From contig JADEYG010000004.1 in assembly GCA_016906335.1 (NCBI GenBank), forward strand, positions 682,001-746,000: a stretch of DNA of 64,000 nucleotides, read 5' to 3'. Made by a program: the position numbers and the translations under genes. The notes under the pieces are model-generated. The model saw only the letters and a list, made by a program, of their open reading frames with translations. It did not search any database and was not told where the DNA came from. Position 1 is the first letter of the stretch, and every line of letters begins with the position of its first letter. The DNA is from Novakomyces olei. Its lineage: Eukaryota. Positions 1-13,980 of the stretch are shown piece by piece.

Positions 1-1332
1 ATATCTGGAAAAAATGGTTAGTCTCACTGGTACAGCCAGCTGCAATTCTTACTATCGTTTCCATAGATTGAAGGCCCAATGCTCCGAGAGAATTTTTCAA
101 AAAGCTCAGGATCCCGCGACAGTTCCAGGAAAGAATCTTCTTCGCTGTCGGAGAATATCGGGGCTGTCTTCGAATTGCCACCGGAATCAACGTGTATTCC
201 CACCACCTGAATGTACGGTCTTCCGAGAGCGACTGCTCCGCGGGCTTTCACGTCCTTTCCCGAAGTTGTAGTGTAAATGCCTGTAATAATACATTTGGTT
301 CCAGGGGACACTGAATTAGCGAGATTGCGATCAGCACATAGAGGTATATGCCGAGGCAGTTCTCCGACAGGAATCAAGTCTGGCGGTTCTTGAAATTTCA
401 GATTTTGCTGGTCAACAAAAAAAGATTTTTCGTGGTCAATAATATAAGGATCAGGTGGGCAGTCTTTTGACTCGTTGCCTAGAACACGATTCTCACAGAA
501 CCGTGGCAATGTTATCCCGGACCAGCCTCCAGGGACATTAATGTACTTTACATGCTGGCAGCTGCGGCAAACAATAGCCACACGAGTCGCTCTTGATTGA
601 AGAGACTGGGCACCAATAACAATACCGGGAACCATGACAAGTTTACTGATCATTTCTGAGCCAAGTTGCCGGATAGATATAGGCCGGGCTGCCGAGTGCA
701 GAGTAATTTGGCATTCATGGACTTGACGCTGGTCGCCATGGATCGGGTACAGTATTTTCTTGGCACAAAACTTGGCAGCCGCCTCGAACTGAAATCATTA
801 GCATACTGTTTCGGTTCCACGATTGTTCTTTTGTATCAGGCTTAAACAGACGCCGTTGGAGTCATCGATGTCGGTTTTGTCTTGATTTCATATTTAAAGT
901 TTTGGTTTTGGTTCTTTGCTTCTGGTGGTATTTTTCCAATAATTTCACTTACCAGTCCAAGCATCTCGGCAGGCTCGTTTACAAGTCGATGTGCAAGCTC
1001 TTCATTATAATTGATTACGTGCTCAAGATCCACGTCGAGCAAAAACTGTTTTGACAGCAGGTTTTGTCGTAATTGATCTCTGTTTGTTTTGTTAGCATTC
1101 TATGTTTTCCTGGTTTGTCTTTTGTTCGTTTGCTCTCTAAAAACGATAAAAGTCTTTTATCTCGATACGATCTTCTTGCGAGTATGGCTTACCGGTAAAC
1201 ATAAACGCCGTCGATTACAAATTCCTGAATGAATTCTCTGAAATGGTCTTCGACATGTTCGTACGAGTTGTCATCTTGCTCTCCTGGCAACACGCCAGTG
1301 GCATACGTCGTCACCTCGTCCCATCCAGACAT
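1..1332 (-). CDS. MCM5: DNA replication licensing factor MCM5 (5' part, multi-exon; continues off the left edge)
   Basis: ATG at 1332 gives MSGWDEVTTYATGVLPGEQ...FIQEFVIDGVYVYR, followed by a GTAAGC intron. Later exons encode DLEHVINYNEELAHRL, the zinc finger CRSC...CPPDPY, and DQQNLKFQEPPDLIPVGELPRH...SIGPSIYGN, all typical of Mcm5/Nda4. Confidence 0.93.
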
Positions 1333-1437
1333 GGCGAACTTTTTTCAGCCGGATGCCTTTGGATAAGAGCAAGCTAGATTGGAGGGTTTGGATTTTGAAT
1401 TTTGCTTGATAATTCGTGCGGGGCCTTTGAATCGTCA

Positions 1438-1492
1438 ACGCGTTTTAATTTATTAAATTAGTCTGAATCAATACGCGACGCGTTAACGCGTC
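1438..1492. promoter_or_regulatory. MCB (ACGCGT) cluster upstream of MCM5
   Basis: ACGCGT at 1438, 1478 and 1486. The last two form the perfect palindrome GACGCGTTAACGCGTC (1477-1492). The cluster lies 100-160 bp upstream of a replication gene. Confidence 0.65.
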
Positions 1493-2138
1493 AATTTTGT
1501 ACCAAGTAATAGTAGAATAATAATATAAGTAACGTTGTGTTATCATTTTGCCATTATTTTTTAAGTAATCCGCGCGTAGCCGCTGGCGGCCTGACAATAA
1601 TATAACAAAGCAACCAATCATACTCGCCCGAGTTTTATCTGTGTTTGATCCAAGTAGACCCGCGCCTTTTTTTAAAAGTCAAGTAATCTCCAAGAATAGA
1701 GCATCACTCGAATACGTTCTTGTGCTGCAAAAGTCCCTCGGATTACTTGCAAAAATATTCGCATGAAATTATTTCAAGAATCTAGCGGCAGAGCCTCTGT
1801 TGAGCATACAATTGAGAAAGGAACGCGTATTAGGTAGATAGCTATGTTACAATTATCTTTGTTGTAGAATATTATACTATATATCATGTTTTTTTGGCCT
1901 CCGAATCACCACAGTGAAGCAAAGGTATCTTTGAGTGGATAAAGGCCCACATGGATTCCTCTCATGTTTAAATATGACAAAAAGGTACAAATTTTGGGCT
2001 CTAATATGAATAGTTTTTCTGGCTAAAGGGCAAAAGATTAACTAGAGCTTGACTTTGGTTTCATGAATTGTCATTGAAACCGTATGTCAAAGCATGTAAT
2101 CGTAGCTTGGCCTCGCTCTTATCTCTCTGCCCTCGTAC

Positions 2139-3330
2139 TTAAGCCTTTCGCGACCTTGTCGCGCCACGGCGGCTAGAGCCAGAAGTAACAGCCTTGGGGG
2201 ACTTTTCAACTTGCTCTGAGGAAGGCGCGGCAGACAATTTGCCCCTTGTTACCGCGTTCTTTACAACATTTACGCCCTTGCGCGAGTAAGTGGCCGCATA
2301 AAATCCGATAAATAAAACCAGATAACTCGAGATAATAGCACATCCAAACAAGGCCGCCTCTTCCTTGCCAAAACAGCCACCTTTGTGGGGCAGCCACGGG
2401 AAATAGGTATGAGCAAAATGAGTGTAGGTTCCAAAGTAGATGAAACCGAGATCAATAACAAATTGAATAATTTGCAAACGAGTGACCCATTGTTTCCACC
2501 AGACGCGAATACCGCGAGCCGACAAAAAGTAGTAAAAGTACATGACAACATGAACAGTCAAGTTTAGGATGATAACGACATAAGACTAGATAGTTAGTGC
2601 ATGCCCACTGGCCTTGATATATACAATAAAAGAATAAACTATTGTCTTTTTTTTATTATAATTATTATTTTTTTCTTTTACTTACAATCGAAGTATGGCC
2701 TAAAAGCTGAGTAAAGCATAGGAAAGCAGTTACACCATGGTGGTAGCAATGGAGAAACTGTAATGGCTTCTTCTTTAGAACAAGGAAAAGCGTGTCAATG
2801 AGCTCAATGTACTTTGTCAAATAATTGAGGTAATAAACAAACACGATTGGCTGAGACCAGCTTGCCTTATTGCAAATGGAGTAATAAACACCATGGCGGA
2901 CAATGATGGGAAAAATTTGCTCAAACAAAAGCACCCATAGCACGAGCGACAGCAGCGTGAGAAAAATGTTGTGAAATTGGAACAAAAAGTTGAGTTTTAG
3001 AGGTTTGAAGTTACGCATCAGTTCGCGACCTCCCAAGATGACAACATAATAGGCAGCGAGAGCAACCAGTGCCTCGGTCCAAGTCGACAGCACGGACTCG
3101 CCTGGAACGAATAAAAACGTCGAAGCGCGACTTCCAGTCAAGCGCAGCCAGAGCTCGTCAAATATGGGCCTTGTTCATTAAATATGGATCAAAAGCAAGA
3201 TATGAAGGCAATTGATACGAATTGAATTCAACGGATTGAAACAACCAGAGTTAATAGAAAACGCTTACCAGACATGGATCCCAAATGGCCGGTCAATTGT
3301 AGGAAAAGGGATGGATGAAAGTGCCGACAT
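2139..3330 (-). CDS. ELO2: Fatty acid elongase (GNS1/SUR4 ELO family), 3 exons
   Basis: ATG at 3330 gives [21 protein letters not shown]. Motifs [34 protein letters not shown] and TRLQIIQF are present. Confidence 0.9.
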
Positions 3331-4114
3331 TGCCCACACTTTGCTTATTCTTGACAATCAATTCACGTTGCTCAGATAGCTCGACGCAATGGAGGAAAAA
3401 GCCGGGAATAAATCTGGACGCGTTCCTTTTGTCGCGACCCGATGGTGTATCTCTTTTTCAGTGCGTATTTTTATGATGCTTTTATATATTTTATATACTT
3501 GCGCCTGTTTTGAACGTGTTTATGCTTATTTACAATTTTTCTTCCACCATGTTCAAAACATAAACAAATTTACTCGTCTAGAATAAAACATCGGTACTTG
3601 AACTCTTGTCACAGTAATTTTACGGAAATAAATAAATACGATTCCGTAGTGTCAGATTCGTTGCGACTTGTTTCTAGTACTAAAGACCTTGTTCGACAGC
3701 AAATATTCAAACTCCGGTAATATCTACAGATGGCTACGTGTAAAAACGAATCGCACGCCTGCTCAATAGGATTTACTTTTGGTAAAGTTCTCAAAATGTA
3801 TATGCCGATACAATCGGTCTCCTTGACAGTCGGTCAGTCACTATAATGTAAATATTTTATTCCTCTTCCGTACCTGGAAAACCCTATAAATTTGGACCAA
3901 TCCGATCTTAGCAGATAAACCTTTAGGGTTTTCTAACCGGTAAGAAGGACTGCTCATTCCATACAAAACGGCTCTTGGTCAATAATCTCTTCGATTTGGT
4001 TGAGCGTCTACTTTGAGGCAATCACAAGGCCGGGCTCTTAACTCACGAGGTCCAATTTTAATTATATCATTTGTTTCAATAGTAAACCGGTGGAATCCGG
4101 CTGGAATTTCTGAA

Positions 4115-4709
4115 ATGTCTATGTTTCGCCTACTGCCCGTAGCCACCCGGGCTTCCATGCGCATCCCTGTTCGCGCTGGCATCGCCCGTGTTAACAATTT
4201 TCATTCGTCAAGTATGAACCTTTTCAGGCGTTTAATTGCTAATTGCTCTAGCGGCACGATACTCCGAAGGCGGTTATGGCCATGACGATGCGACTGTCGA
4301 AGGATTTACGCACAAGTATGCATTTGCTTTTGAAAGAAACGAAAATCATAAAGAGCAGAAGACTTTGATTACTAACGGATATAGATACGAACAGCTCTTC
4401 CAAAATGCTGAGGATCTTTTCGAGGTTCAGCGTGGATTGAACAATGCTTTTTCTTACGATATCGTGCCTCCGCTTGAGGTCATTACCGAAGCTCTTAAGG
4501 CTGCGCGCCGCGTGAACGATTATGCTCTGGCCGTCCGTATCTTCCAGGGCTTACGCCAAAAGGTATTCAATTTCTATCTCTGTTTTTGATATACACTTAC
4601 GCAATTCTAGGTTGAGAATGCCAGCCAGTATGAAGCATACCGAAAGGAATTGCAGCCTCTTACTGACGAGCTCGGTTTGGGCAAGGATGGTGAACTTGAT
4701 TTCAAGTGA
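4115..4709 (+). CDS. COX6: Cytochrome c oxidase subunit Va/VI, 4 exons
   Basis: Arg-rich presequence, then DLFEVQRGLNNAFSYDIVP..EALKAARRVNDYALAVRIF. The last exon VENASQYEAYRKELQPLTDELGL ends at TGA 4707-4709. Confidence 0.92.
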
Positions 4710-4821
4710 AAATAAAAGATTAATTAAAAGAAAATTGTTACTTATTATGCCTACAAACAAAACTTTTATCTATCTTGGAGTCTCTTAGATTAAATTCATT
4801 AATGTTATTAGCATCATTGGG

Positions 4822-7546
4822 CTAATCAGTATTACTATTACTTTTTGAATTGAGCAAGTCTCGTATTTTTTGACCGTCTGATTTGACTTTCCATCCATGA
4901 ATTTTTGTCCTGTAATACTCTGTGTCCTGCTCCAGTTTAGGAAGCATTTCTGGCTTGAAAATTGAATCAATATCGGCAGCAATTTGTGATTCTATCATAG
5001 ACAGCACCGTATCCGTTATGCCGTGGGTACTCTCACCAAAGAATTTGCACAATACCTTGTGCAGCCTTGAAGTATCCTTCATTAGCCCCGCAATGTAAGG
5101 ACTTGGTTGTTCACTCAGTGTCCAATCAGTCTGAGCAATCAACGATTGTGAGGCAATATGCAGCCTATCACGCAAAATGTCCACGAGTTTCTCATCAATC
5201 TCGTCCTGATGAGCTTTAAACTCCTTCTCGAGCTTTGTAAACTCATTACGGGCAGTTTCCATACTTGTCTTAGAGGAATGTCTCTTAATAAAGGGTAAAA
5301 AGGCCTCCAAAATCAATTGGACCATTTCCAAGTCTAGCCAGGCTATAGCAATATGCTTTGCTACTATATTACGAAGCCCTGCAGTCTTTGTCGCCCCTGC
5401 TCCAAGGATCATTTGCCGTACACGAGAGTTATAAAGTCGTAAATGCGTACAAATAGCATGAACTATCTCTGGACAGAACCTTGCACCGCCAACAATTAGC
5501 CAACAGCCATATTTGCGAACACATTCAATCAAGTAGACTCCAGACTCGGTGATATAGAAGCTTTTCTCTCCAAAACGAATCATTGTCGACGATTCAAATT
5601 GAGCACTGTCATCTTCACTATTGTTTTGTGGCAAATCTGATAGAGGCAACCATGCGTTCGGTTCGTCATCTCGAGCCTTGCAAATCTCATCTGCCCAGAT
5701 TTGCACTTGCTTGGAGATAGTTGCAGGCTCCCACTTGTCAAACTCGAGTCTTCTAGCCTGATCCTGCATCATGAATTCACGATCGCTCATTAGTATTTGC
5801 AGTCCCATAGACGCTAAATTTGATTGAAAGGTTCCTCCCTGGCGACCGGATAATTTTTCCATCTCAGCGACAAATATACCAGCAACGGTATAAAGCTTGG
5901 AGAAATCGTGGAAGGGGTACTTTGTAATTTGAGCAGCTCTCACATTTACAATTTTGCCCAGTCTTGTTAGTGTGAGTTCTGTAACACTGGACACAAGGTC
6001 ACTCAGGATTGCTCCGACCCTAGAGTCGTCCTTAACGTCATGCTGAAAAGGTTCATCATTGTTATTGAACACAAGATCAAGAAGGATCTTGACTTGGCAC
6101 TGTAACTCATCAAGGCCAAGGTATACCCTACACATAATGTTACAAATCATATCATAAAACTCCATATTGTCCATGCGACGTAGATATTCTGCCAGTTGTT
6201 GGCTTCTTTGACTGCTCCCAGAATCGAGAGACGTTTTTACCGACTCAAGTTCACTGTCTATCGGTAAATTGTGCTTGATCATTGAGCGGAAAAATTTCTG
6301 TACCGAGTCACGATAAAGGGAAAAACAAGCCTCTGTAGAACCCATCTGTCGGAGCGACTTCAAATAGTTGCCTACCCGAGTTCTGATACTCGTAAAATCG
6401 CTGGAGTCGTTTGACAGTCGCAAGTATTCGCCAGATGAATTGCTGGATTTTTTCCTGCTCCAGGCTCCAAGTACGTCTGTCGTGCTCTTGGATTCGGAAA
6501 AAGTCTTTATATCGTCCAGTAACACATTTGCAATTGTCCTGGAGCACTCGGCAGATAGCTTAGATATACTCGTCTTTAGACTATCAAAAATTTGTTGAGT
6601 GACGGGTATTTTACCCTCTGGATCGAATTTTTGTAAAGCGTTCTTCAGTTCTCTGGACACGCTTAAAGCGCTATCAAAATCCACTTGTTCCGTAAACATT
6701 ATAAGCGTACGTAATTTGTCCCTTAATGACTGTAGGCGTTTGAGCGAAGCACTCAAAAGAGCCAAATTCTTTTTGCGGCATTTTAAACGTCCTAATTGAA
6801 GCCCTCCATGAGTTTGTATGTTTAGTATTTCATTTAGTTCCTGTCGTAAATATCGAACTCGGTCTACACAATGCCTTGCATCCTGCTCAATATCTTGCAA
6901 ATTACCAACAGTAGCGAAGAAACTGCCACTAGCCTGGTCCGTCTCTGAAATCAAATTGATCTCCACCAGATCTAAATAGTACGACAGTTTTTCTTGGAGC
7001 ATAGCGTTGTTGGCAAAGGCTTTATGGCTCCCCTTGCCATTATTCGCACCGATAATATTAGACGAATTGCTCACTACATCAAATACACGCGGGTTTTCAA
7101 GAGCGAAATCAGGTGCTTTATATATTGAGGGGATGCTTTCTAGCCCGTGTCCGCCATCAGGAGGATGCACCGTTGAGCTTTTCCGCCGGCCAACGTGTCG
7201 TCGTGGCCTGTCTGTCTTTGAAGGCAGTGTTCTATTGTGATATATCTGAAACTCTTGGCCCACATCGTGCACATAGGTCTGAAGGACTTCGGGTGAGACT
7301 GCATCTATATTCGTCAACGTGACCGGCGGGATATCGCGCTTGTTTGGTCTCGGTATTGCATCAATCCGGTATATTCCTCCAATAATAGATGACAGTGCTG
7401 CAGATTAGAATAAGTCTTATGGCTCCTTGATCGTTTCAGATCTTACCATTGCTTGCACCTAATGTACGACTGCTCTCAAGTTTGCGCTGCTCGGGCTTAT
7501 CTTTAGCGCCGCGGTCGTTGGCAATAGCCATAAACCCAGAGTTCAT
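4822..7546 (-). CDS. VPS54: GARP complex subunit Vps54
   Basis: 831-aa ORF with FALENPRVF, LQEKLSYYLDLVE and YNSRVRQMILGAGATKTAGLRNIVAKHIA. A short 5' exon is inferred from ATG 7546 with a GTAAGA...CTAATCTGCAG intron. Confidence 0.9.
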
Positions 7547-8292
7547 CGCATTATTCCTAATAAATGTTCTCATATAACCTATAAAACCGCCGCTACATTA
7601 TATACTCGAGATCACCGTCAAGGCCGCGATGAATAGAGCTATTACTTGCCAATCTAAAGATTGCTCTTCCATACAGCTTCACTGTGTTCATTTAGTATAA
7701 GTTCACATTTAATATTTACATAAGGTATGAATAACAGCACCATTACCTATTTTTAGTATATATATATATATATTAATAATAATGGCATTAATAGAGTTAG
7801 CCCTAACCCTAAATTTAAAAATATTGGTGCGCCTTTTCTTCTGTCTGCCAGCAGAGGCTTGGCAGCCGGGATTCTTCCACGCCTCTGGTCTCCAGTAGTA
7901 ACATTACTTGTACAAGTCTATGTACCGGGCGCAAGTAGACTTGGATGGCACCCCGAGCACGGGACCGTGTGCGCTCTAAAAGCCCTTACGTAATGGCGCT
8001 GAGGACAGTTTAGGATAATGGTATGATTGCCGTAGCATGTCAATTGAGCAATAATGTAGGTCCGCAAGTTGAAGTGAATGCGCTGTAGCAAAGCAAACAG
8101 CATATAATACATCGCTAATTATAAGTATAGAAATTAGATTAAGAGTTTAGCAATTTCAGGCTCAAGCGTCCGTCCGTCCCTGAATACTAATTCTTCCTTT
8201 TGTATTTGCTCGAAAATAAATAATTCTTTCCTGCAAGTGTTGGAGGGAGCTTTAATTCACATACATTCAGAGCCCTGTCACCTCCCAGCATC

Positions 8293-10209
8293 ATGGTGCC
8301 CAGAGTCCTGACGATAGCAGGATCCGACTGTGGGGGCGGTGCCGGCATTCAAGCAGACCTTAAAGTCATGACGACTTTAGGAGGTAAATTTTCATTTCTA
8401 AATATTTCGGTTTTCAGCCAGTCACTAGATTTTGCTAACAGTTTCTCCAAGTTTACGGAATGTCTGTGATAACGGCTCTGACGAGTCAGAACACGCTTGG
8501 CGTGCAAGCAATACTGCCGGTTGAGGCGCATTTCGTTGGACAGCAATTAGAGTCTGTTCTGTCTGATATTGGCTGTGATTCTGTGAAGATAGGTAATGAC
8601 TAATGACCTCTTCCATTGTGCTATTTGTGTTACCGAATTGCTTACAAAAGGCATGCTTGTTTCTGAGCGAGTTATTGACGCTGTGCACAACAAATTGCAA
8701 AAGTACAAGGTGCAAAACGTTGTGCTCGATCCTGTAAGTCAGGGAACTCCCTTTTTGTTCTTCTTATACAATCCAGGTAATGATTTCTACATCGGGCTCG
8801 TCTCTTTTGGAAGAGCGGTGTCTCCCAAAATTAGTAAATGGACTTATTTCTATGGCAAAAATAATTACCCCAAATTATCCAGAGGCTATTGAATTATTGA
8901 AAGCAACGGGCATGCCGGTCAAGGAAGTGCAAACAGTCGAAGATTTGGCAAGCGTGGCAAAACAGCTTTCAAAGCTAGGCGTGGAATGGGTTCTTTTAAA
9001 GGGTGGCCATATCGGATTCAAAGACGGCAAGGTTGCTTCGCCTGACGAAGCAGAAGTCATAAACGATATTTTAACGGACGGAATTGATCTTCACATTGTT
9101 ACTGGAAAGTACGTGAGAACCAAAAACACGCACGGCACAGGATGTTCACTTTCATGTACGACTAAAATCAGAAAAATAAAATAAATTTTTTGTTTTTGTT
9201 TTTGTTTTGCATAGATATGGTAGAGGCTAACAAATATAGCCGCCATTGCATCATACTTGGCACAGGGCAAGGATGTTTTGCAGGCCGTCAGGCTTGCCAT
9301 TGATTATACGCGACGGGCGATTGATGTAAATTTCAAAATTGGCAATGGAAATGGTCCTTTGAATCACCTTGCATTGTTGGCGCCGTCTCTTCCGTTCCCT
9401 GCGTAATTGTCTTTGTTGTCATGGCTTCATTACTAATTGTTACAGTGGCGGTTTCGTGGATTATTTGATCAACCATGACTCTGTCCGTGAACATTGGAAG
9501 AATTTTACTGGTACGTTTTGCAAATGAAATTGAATATTGTGGCCTAAATTAATACCATGTAGAACATAGGTTCATAAAAGAACTGGCCAAAGGGACGTTG
9601 CCCGTTGAGGAGTTCCGTCATTTTCTCGTTCAGGATTACCTGTATCTAAAACAATTTGCACGCGCAACTTCGCTGGCGGGATTTAAAAGTAACAGCATGA
9701 GTGATGTTGTCGCGTCTGCAAGTATTGTTTTACATATTGTATTTTTGAACCATAGCTTATCGATTTTTATGCTTACGAATACGTTTTAGGACAGGGAGAC
9801 AAATCTACACGTTGATTATTGCGCACAATTCGGGTTGACAAGGGAATTGATGGAGCATAGTGACGAATCGCTTGCTAACGCTGCATACTCTCGGTTTATC
9901 TTGGATGTTGGATTCCAGCAAGACTGGTTTGCCCTGCAAGTCGCTATGGCACCTTGCCTTATTGGCTATGGACAAGTAGCACGTACATTATTTGATGCTA
10001 GAGACACTAAGAGAGAGGGCAACATTTATTATAAATGGATCGAAAATTATGTTGCAGATGATTATGTACAGGCTGTTTTAAAGGGAAAGGCTTTACTTGA
10101 AGTTCACGCCCATTCGCAGTCATCTGAACGCATTCATGAGCTTATACGTATATTTTCTTCAGCTACAAGATATGAATCTCAATTTTGGTCAATGGGCGAC
10201 AAAGTTTGA
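8293..10209 (+). CDS. THI20: Hydroxymethylpyrimidine(-P) kinase / TenA thiaminase II fusion, multi-exon
   Basis: [47 protein letters not shown] and [10 protein letters not shown] (ThiD domain). These are followed by [16 protein letters not shown] and YYKWIENY (TenA domain). Confidence 0.93.
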
Positions 10210-10699
10210 GCCAAGTCTATACCTTATAAGTGCAGTTTTACTGATTATTAATTACGAACGACGACTCGCTACCGCTCGAAACTAGTAATTAGAAACAGCT
10301 TTTAGAGAAGATTTATGTCTTCAGAAATAGTGCTAACAGATGTTACGATTTTAATTTATTGAAATATGCATCTATTGCGTGTTCGATAGCACCGACGCTA
10401 TCGAAGCGCGCTTTCAATTATTTTAAAACAAGTCCATCTTAATTTTAGTCGTAGCCCCAGTAAAATGCGAAGTGGCGTAGCACAACTTGTTGTTTGTTAG
10501 AACTTGATTTACTATGAAAAGTGTTGAAATATGAATCTATTATCCCCTTATCATACACTCACTCACCGATAAAGACAAATCTACCATGAGTGTCAGTTGT
10601 TTGACTTGTGCCTTTACAGGATCTCACTCAAAAATACATAGTAATATACATATATATAGCCCAAGCGAACTCTCATATCCTCTGGGGGGTTCAGCTGAT

Positions 10700-13600
10700 G
10701 CAATCGTGAGTTTTTAATTCATTCAATTTTACCGTAAGAACAAATTCCAACAAGTACTTACAACAAAAAGGTTAATCCTCATTGTTATTCTCAGTATATA
10801 TATATATAACCCTAAACCTAAGTACTTACATAATTTCTTCGTCCCCTTTATATCTGTTGATATTGTTGAATAGGTTGTCCGAACGGTTAATATTAATAGT
10901 CTTGCTACAGTAAAAGACAGTGAAATTCCCCCAAGGTCAAAGGGATTCATCCATGGATATATATATTCATATCCAGAAAGTAGGTTAAAGACAGATCGTA
11001 ATAGTTTCAAATTTGGCTAAAGGAATGAGAGTATTTAGAACAGTAAATTTATAAGTTGACAGTCCATATTTCAACAATATCCTTTACAGACTACGTACTA
11101 ACTAATCTCACTAACCATAAAATAACTCAAAAAATCTCTCGAACAGGAACCACGAGGATAAGCTAAATCCAATTTTACTAGGTGCAAGTTCTGTGCAAGT
11201 TGCACTGTACTTGCATCATGTCAGGTGTGAACCATGACAAGGAATCCGCCAACTGTGATGAAGAAAAAATCGAGCCAAATAATATTGATGAAATTGAACT
11301 AAATGTCCACACCACTGGAGAACCCCTTGGTGCAATCACGGAGATAGAGAGGCAGACGGTCTATGCGAATTCGAAACGGACCCGGAATTCATGATAGCGT
11401 GCATAATTTATATGTTAAATCAGAATCCCTCCACAGCTGAAGAAGATATATTGAGCATAAATGCGACCGAATGTGGAAATATGATGAATGAGGAAATATA
11501 TGCAATGAAAGAAAATACTATTAGTTCTACCTGAAAATGCTAATGTGGTTTATAACTGATGGGTTTATAAACTTACTACAACGCTGGAATGACAGGAACT
11601 GAAAACAAGAGGCTTGCGCTATCAAAGCGTAACTCAGTGGCTGGAATTAAAGAAATTACATAGTACTCCGTCGGTAGACTTGGAACAGTAGCTAATTAAG
11701 ATACAACATTTTTTCCCTAATAAGCCAATTAAAAGTACTTCGAAAAAAAAAAAAACTAGAACATAAAATGCTGCTCTCGGACATGTTTGTCTCCTTAAAA
11801 ATATAATTAGTCATATAGCGTTAAATATTAGGCGGTTCATCCATTTTAAATTGTATCTCACATACAGGCCAAGAAATACTTTATTTTCCCCATGTGTTTC
11901 ACCTCGAAATAATTTTGGACAAATGTCTGAAACCTCTCAGCTTCTGCCTTTTGCGTTTCAATTATTAACAAATCATCAGGATAGACAATTAAAATAAGTT
12001 TCCCATTGTAATAAATTCCCCCGTCTGTAGCAAATTTGACAAGTCCACAATCTTTTAAAATCTCTTAAATTTTTAAGGTCCCAGGCACACGGTGCTTGCT
12101 TCCGTCCATAGATGCTTTTTTTTTACAATTCGCAAAATTGATCGACATCCCCATTTACGCCTTTTGGAATATTCATACAAATCTCTTTATTTAATTTCCA
12201 TGTAAAACAGTTGTGTTTACATCTAGTTGACTAATTTCGTAACTTAATTTAAATGCTAGGCTGAGCAGCCAACGTATTGTATCTACAGCAGCCACAGGAG
12301 CATGCATTTTGTCATGGTCGTAAACAAATTCTTGCTTAAAACCCTGCGCGACCAATCTGGGCCTCATATTTTATTTTCTCATCGTTTTTGCTTTTTCTTT
12401 TCGATTTTGAGCGCCCATTTGCGTTCAAGGGTTTATAATTTGGTGTTGTTTTTACAATATTCAACACGCTTTGTTTATTCATGCGGGCTAGCTCGTCGTC
12501 AGTGGCGCGATTCCAAGTTTTAATAGCTTCCGATAATTTCTTTGTTGTAGCCAGACGGCTCATCAAGACTTTTTAAAGACATGGCCTTTAGCTGTCTAAT
12601 TGTTTGTAGTTTATCCGGAGAACGGTCTTGTTAGAACATTTGTGTCAGAGTTACCTGACACACTTTGAAATATATGAAAATTCGTATTCCGTCGATAGTC
12701 ATTCAAAGTGATTCGGTGTTATTCATGTTTTCATTACTACTATTTGACATTGTTTAACTTTTGTTTCCGGAAATCTAATCATTTTTTATTTCGATTTGAT
12801 GATCATGTTTAATACAGTGCATTTGTACGTCTTCTTGAAACCAATGGTGTCTCGAAAAAATAAATTGGCTTGCCTCAGAACCGTAAAATAAACGTCTTTT
12901 ATGATTTGGCGAATAACCGATTCAAATAAAATTTATTCTTCGTTTATCCATTTTATGCGATCCGTGTGACTTGAGCAAGACTACCAAAACGTTTTTCGTC
13001 TTTAATCGTATAAGATTGATTTTCAAACACTTCGATCCGGAAGTTATTACTTCCTCTGATAGGACTTCTATTTTACAGAAAATTGAAGGTTTTACTATTT
13101 CTTCCCAAAAAACCGTGAGGCAAGTCCGACTAAAGTACTAGACATCTCGCCTCTTCCTGTATAAAGATAATTAGAGCTTGTAGTACGGGAAATTAATAAT
13201 AATGAAGCGAAACTTTAACCGAGGCACAACGTTAGAATTTTAACTATAAATACAGTTTGATAAAACACAACTAGATAACGGAAACTGAATACAAAGCTTT
13301 TTCAAACAAACACGCTCAACTTGGCTCCACAAGTTCAATACTTCTATCATTATCTTCTTTATTCGTTCAGCCATTGCCTTTTGTTGGAGGTGTACGGTAT
13401 TGTTGTAAGGTGCACTATTCCGCTTTCATTAAAAAGTTAAATCAAAGTCCTGTTATCAAAATTTCCGCTATCACCAAAATAAAACAATTTTATGGATGTG
13501 TTCTTCTGGGTTTTCTAGGGCTGAATAAAGCTTTTTATTGCATATGTGGCTGGCATTTTAATTTCCAAAAAGTAAGCAAAACAAATCTTAGAGTAATTAG

Positions 13601-13980
13601 TCATCCACTAAAAGTAAAGAATATTTGTTTCCATGTATATCATGCTCGAGCGGGCTCATTTCATTCACGAGAACTATTTTCAAAGGTTGTTCGGACTTTT
13701 CTATTGTCTGTACAAACGTTTTCGACTGAATTTGGCAGTTTCGCAAATCTCACGATTTTAATGGAATTTCGTTTTCGATTTGAGCATGTATTATTTTCTT
13801 TTCAAATAACTGTATTCATCTTCGTAAACTTAGTGACTGTTATGTTTGCGCCACAACAGCCAGCTATTATTTCCCCCAATTAAAATAAAATTAGCGATTT
13901 TCGATTCCAAAAAAAATCCCTTTGATTTTGGCATACCAAAAAATTAAACAAAAACTTGTTTTGTCCTATCGCACAACATC
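10700..13980. mobile_element. Highly decayed Ty1/copia fragments and LTR pieces (boundaries approximate)
   Basis: The minus strand at ~11830-12400 translates to RT-like SIYGRKQAP, LIVYPDDLLI and FEVKHMGKIKYFL. The plus strand near 11530 gives ENANVV..WVYK. Positions ~11610-11740 match the LTR at 16196-16457. Confidence 0.6.

Noticed and set aside
1725-2010. RNase MRP-like AAAAGTCCC motif
   Set aside because: No convincing complementary P4 strand or other conserved MRP regions downstream.
7990-8040. TPP riboswitch upstream of THI20 (GCTGAG...GGATAATG)
   Set aside because: It lacks the AACCTGAT/AACTTGAT junction and the closing GCG..GG, so only scattered motif fragments match.
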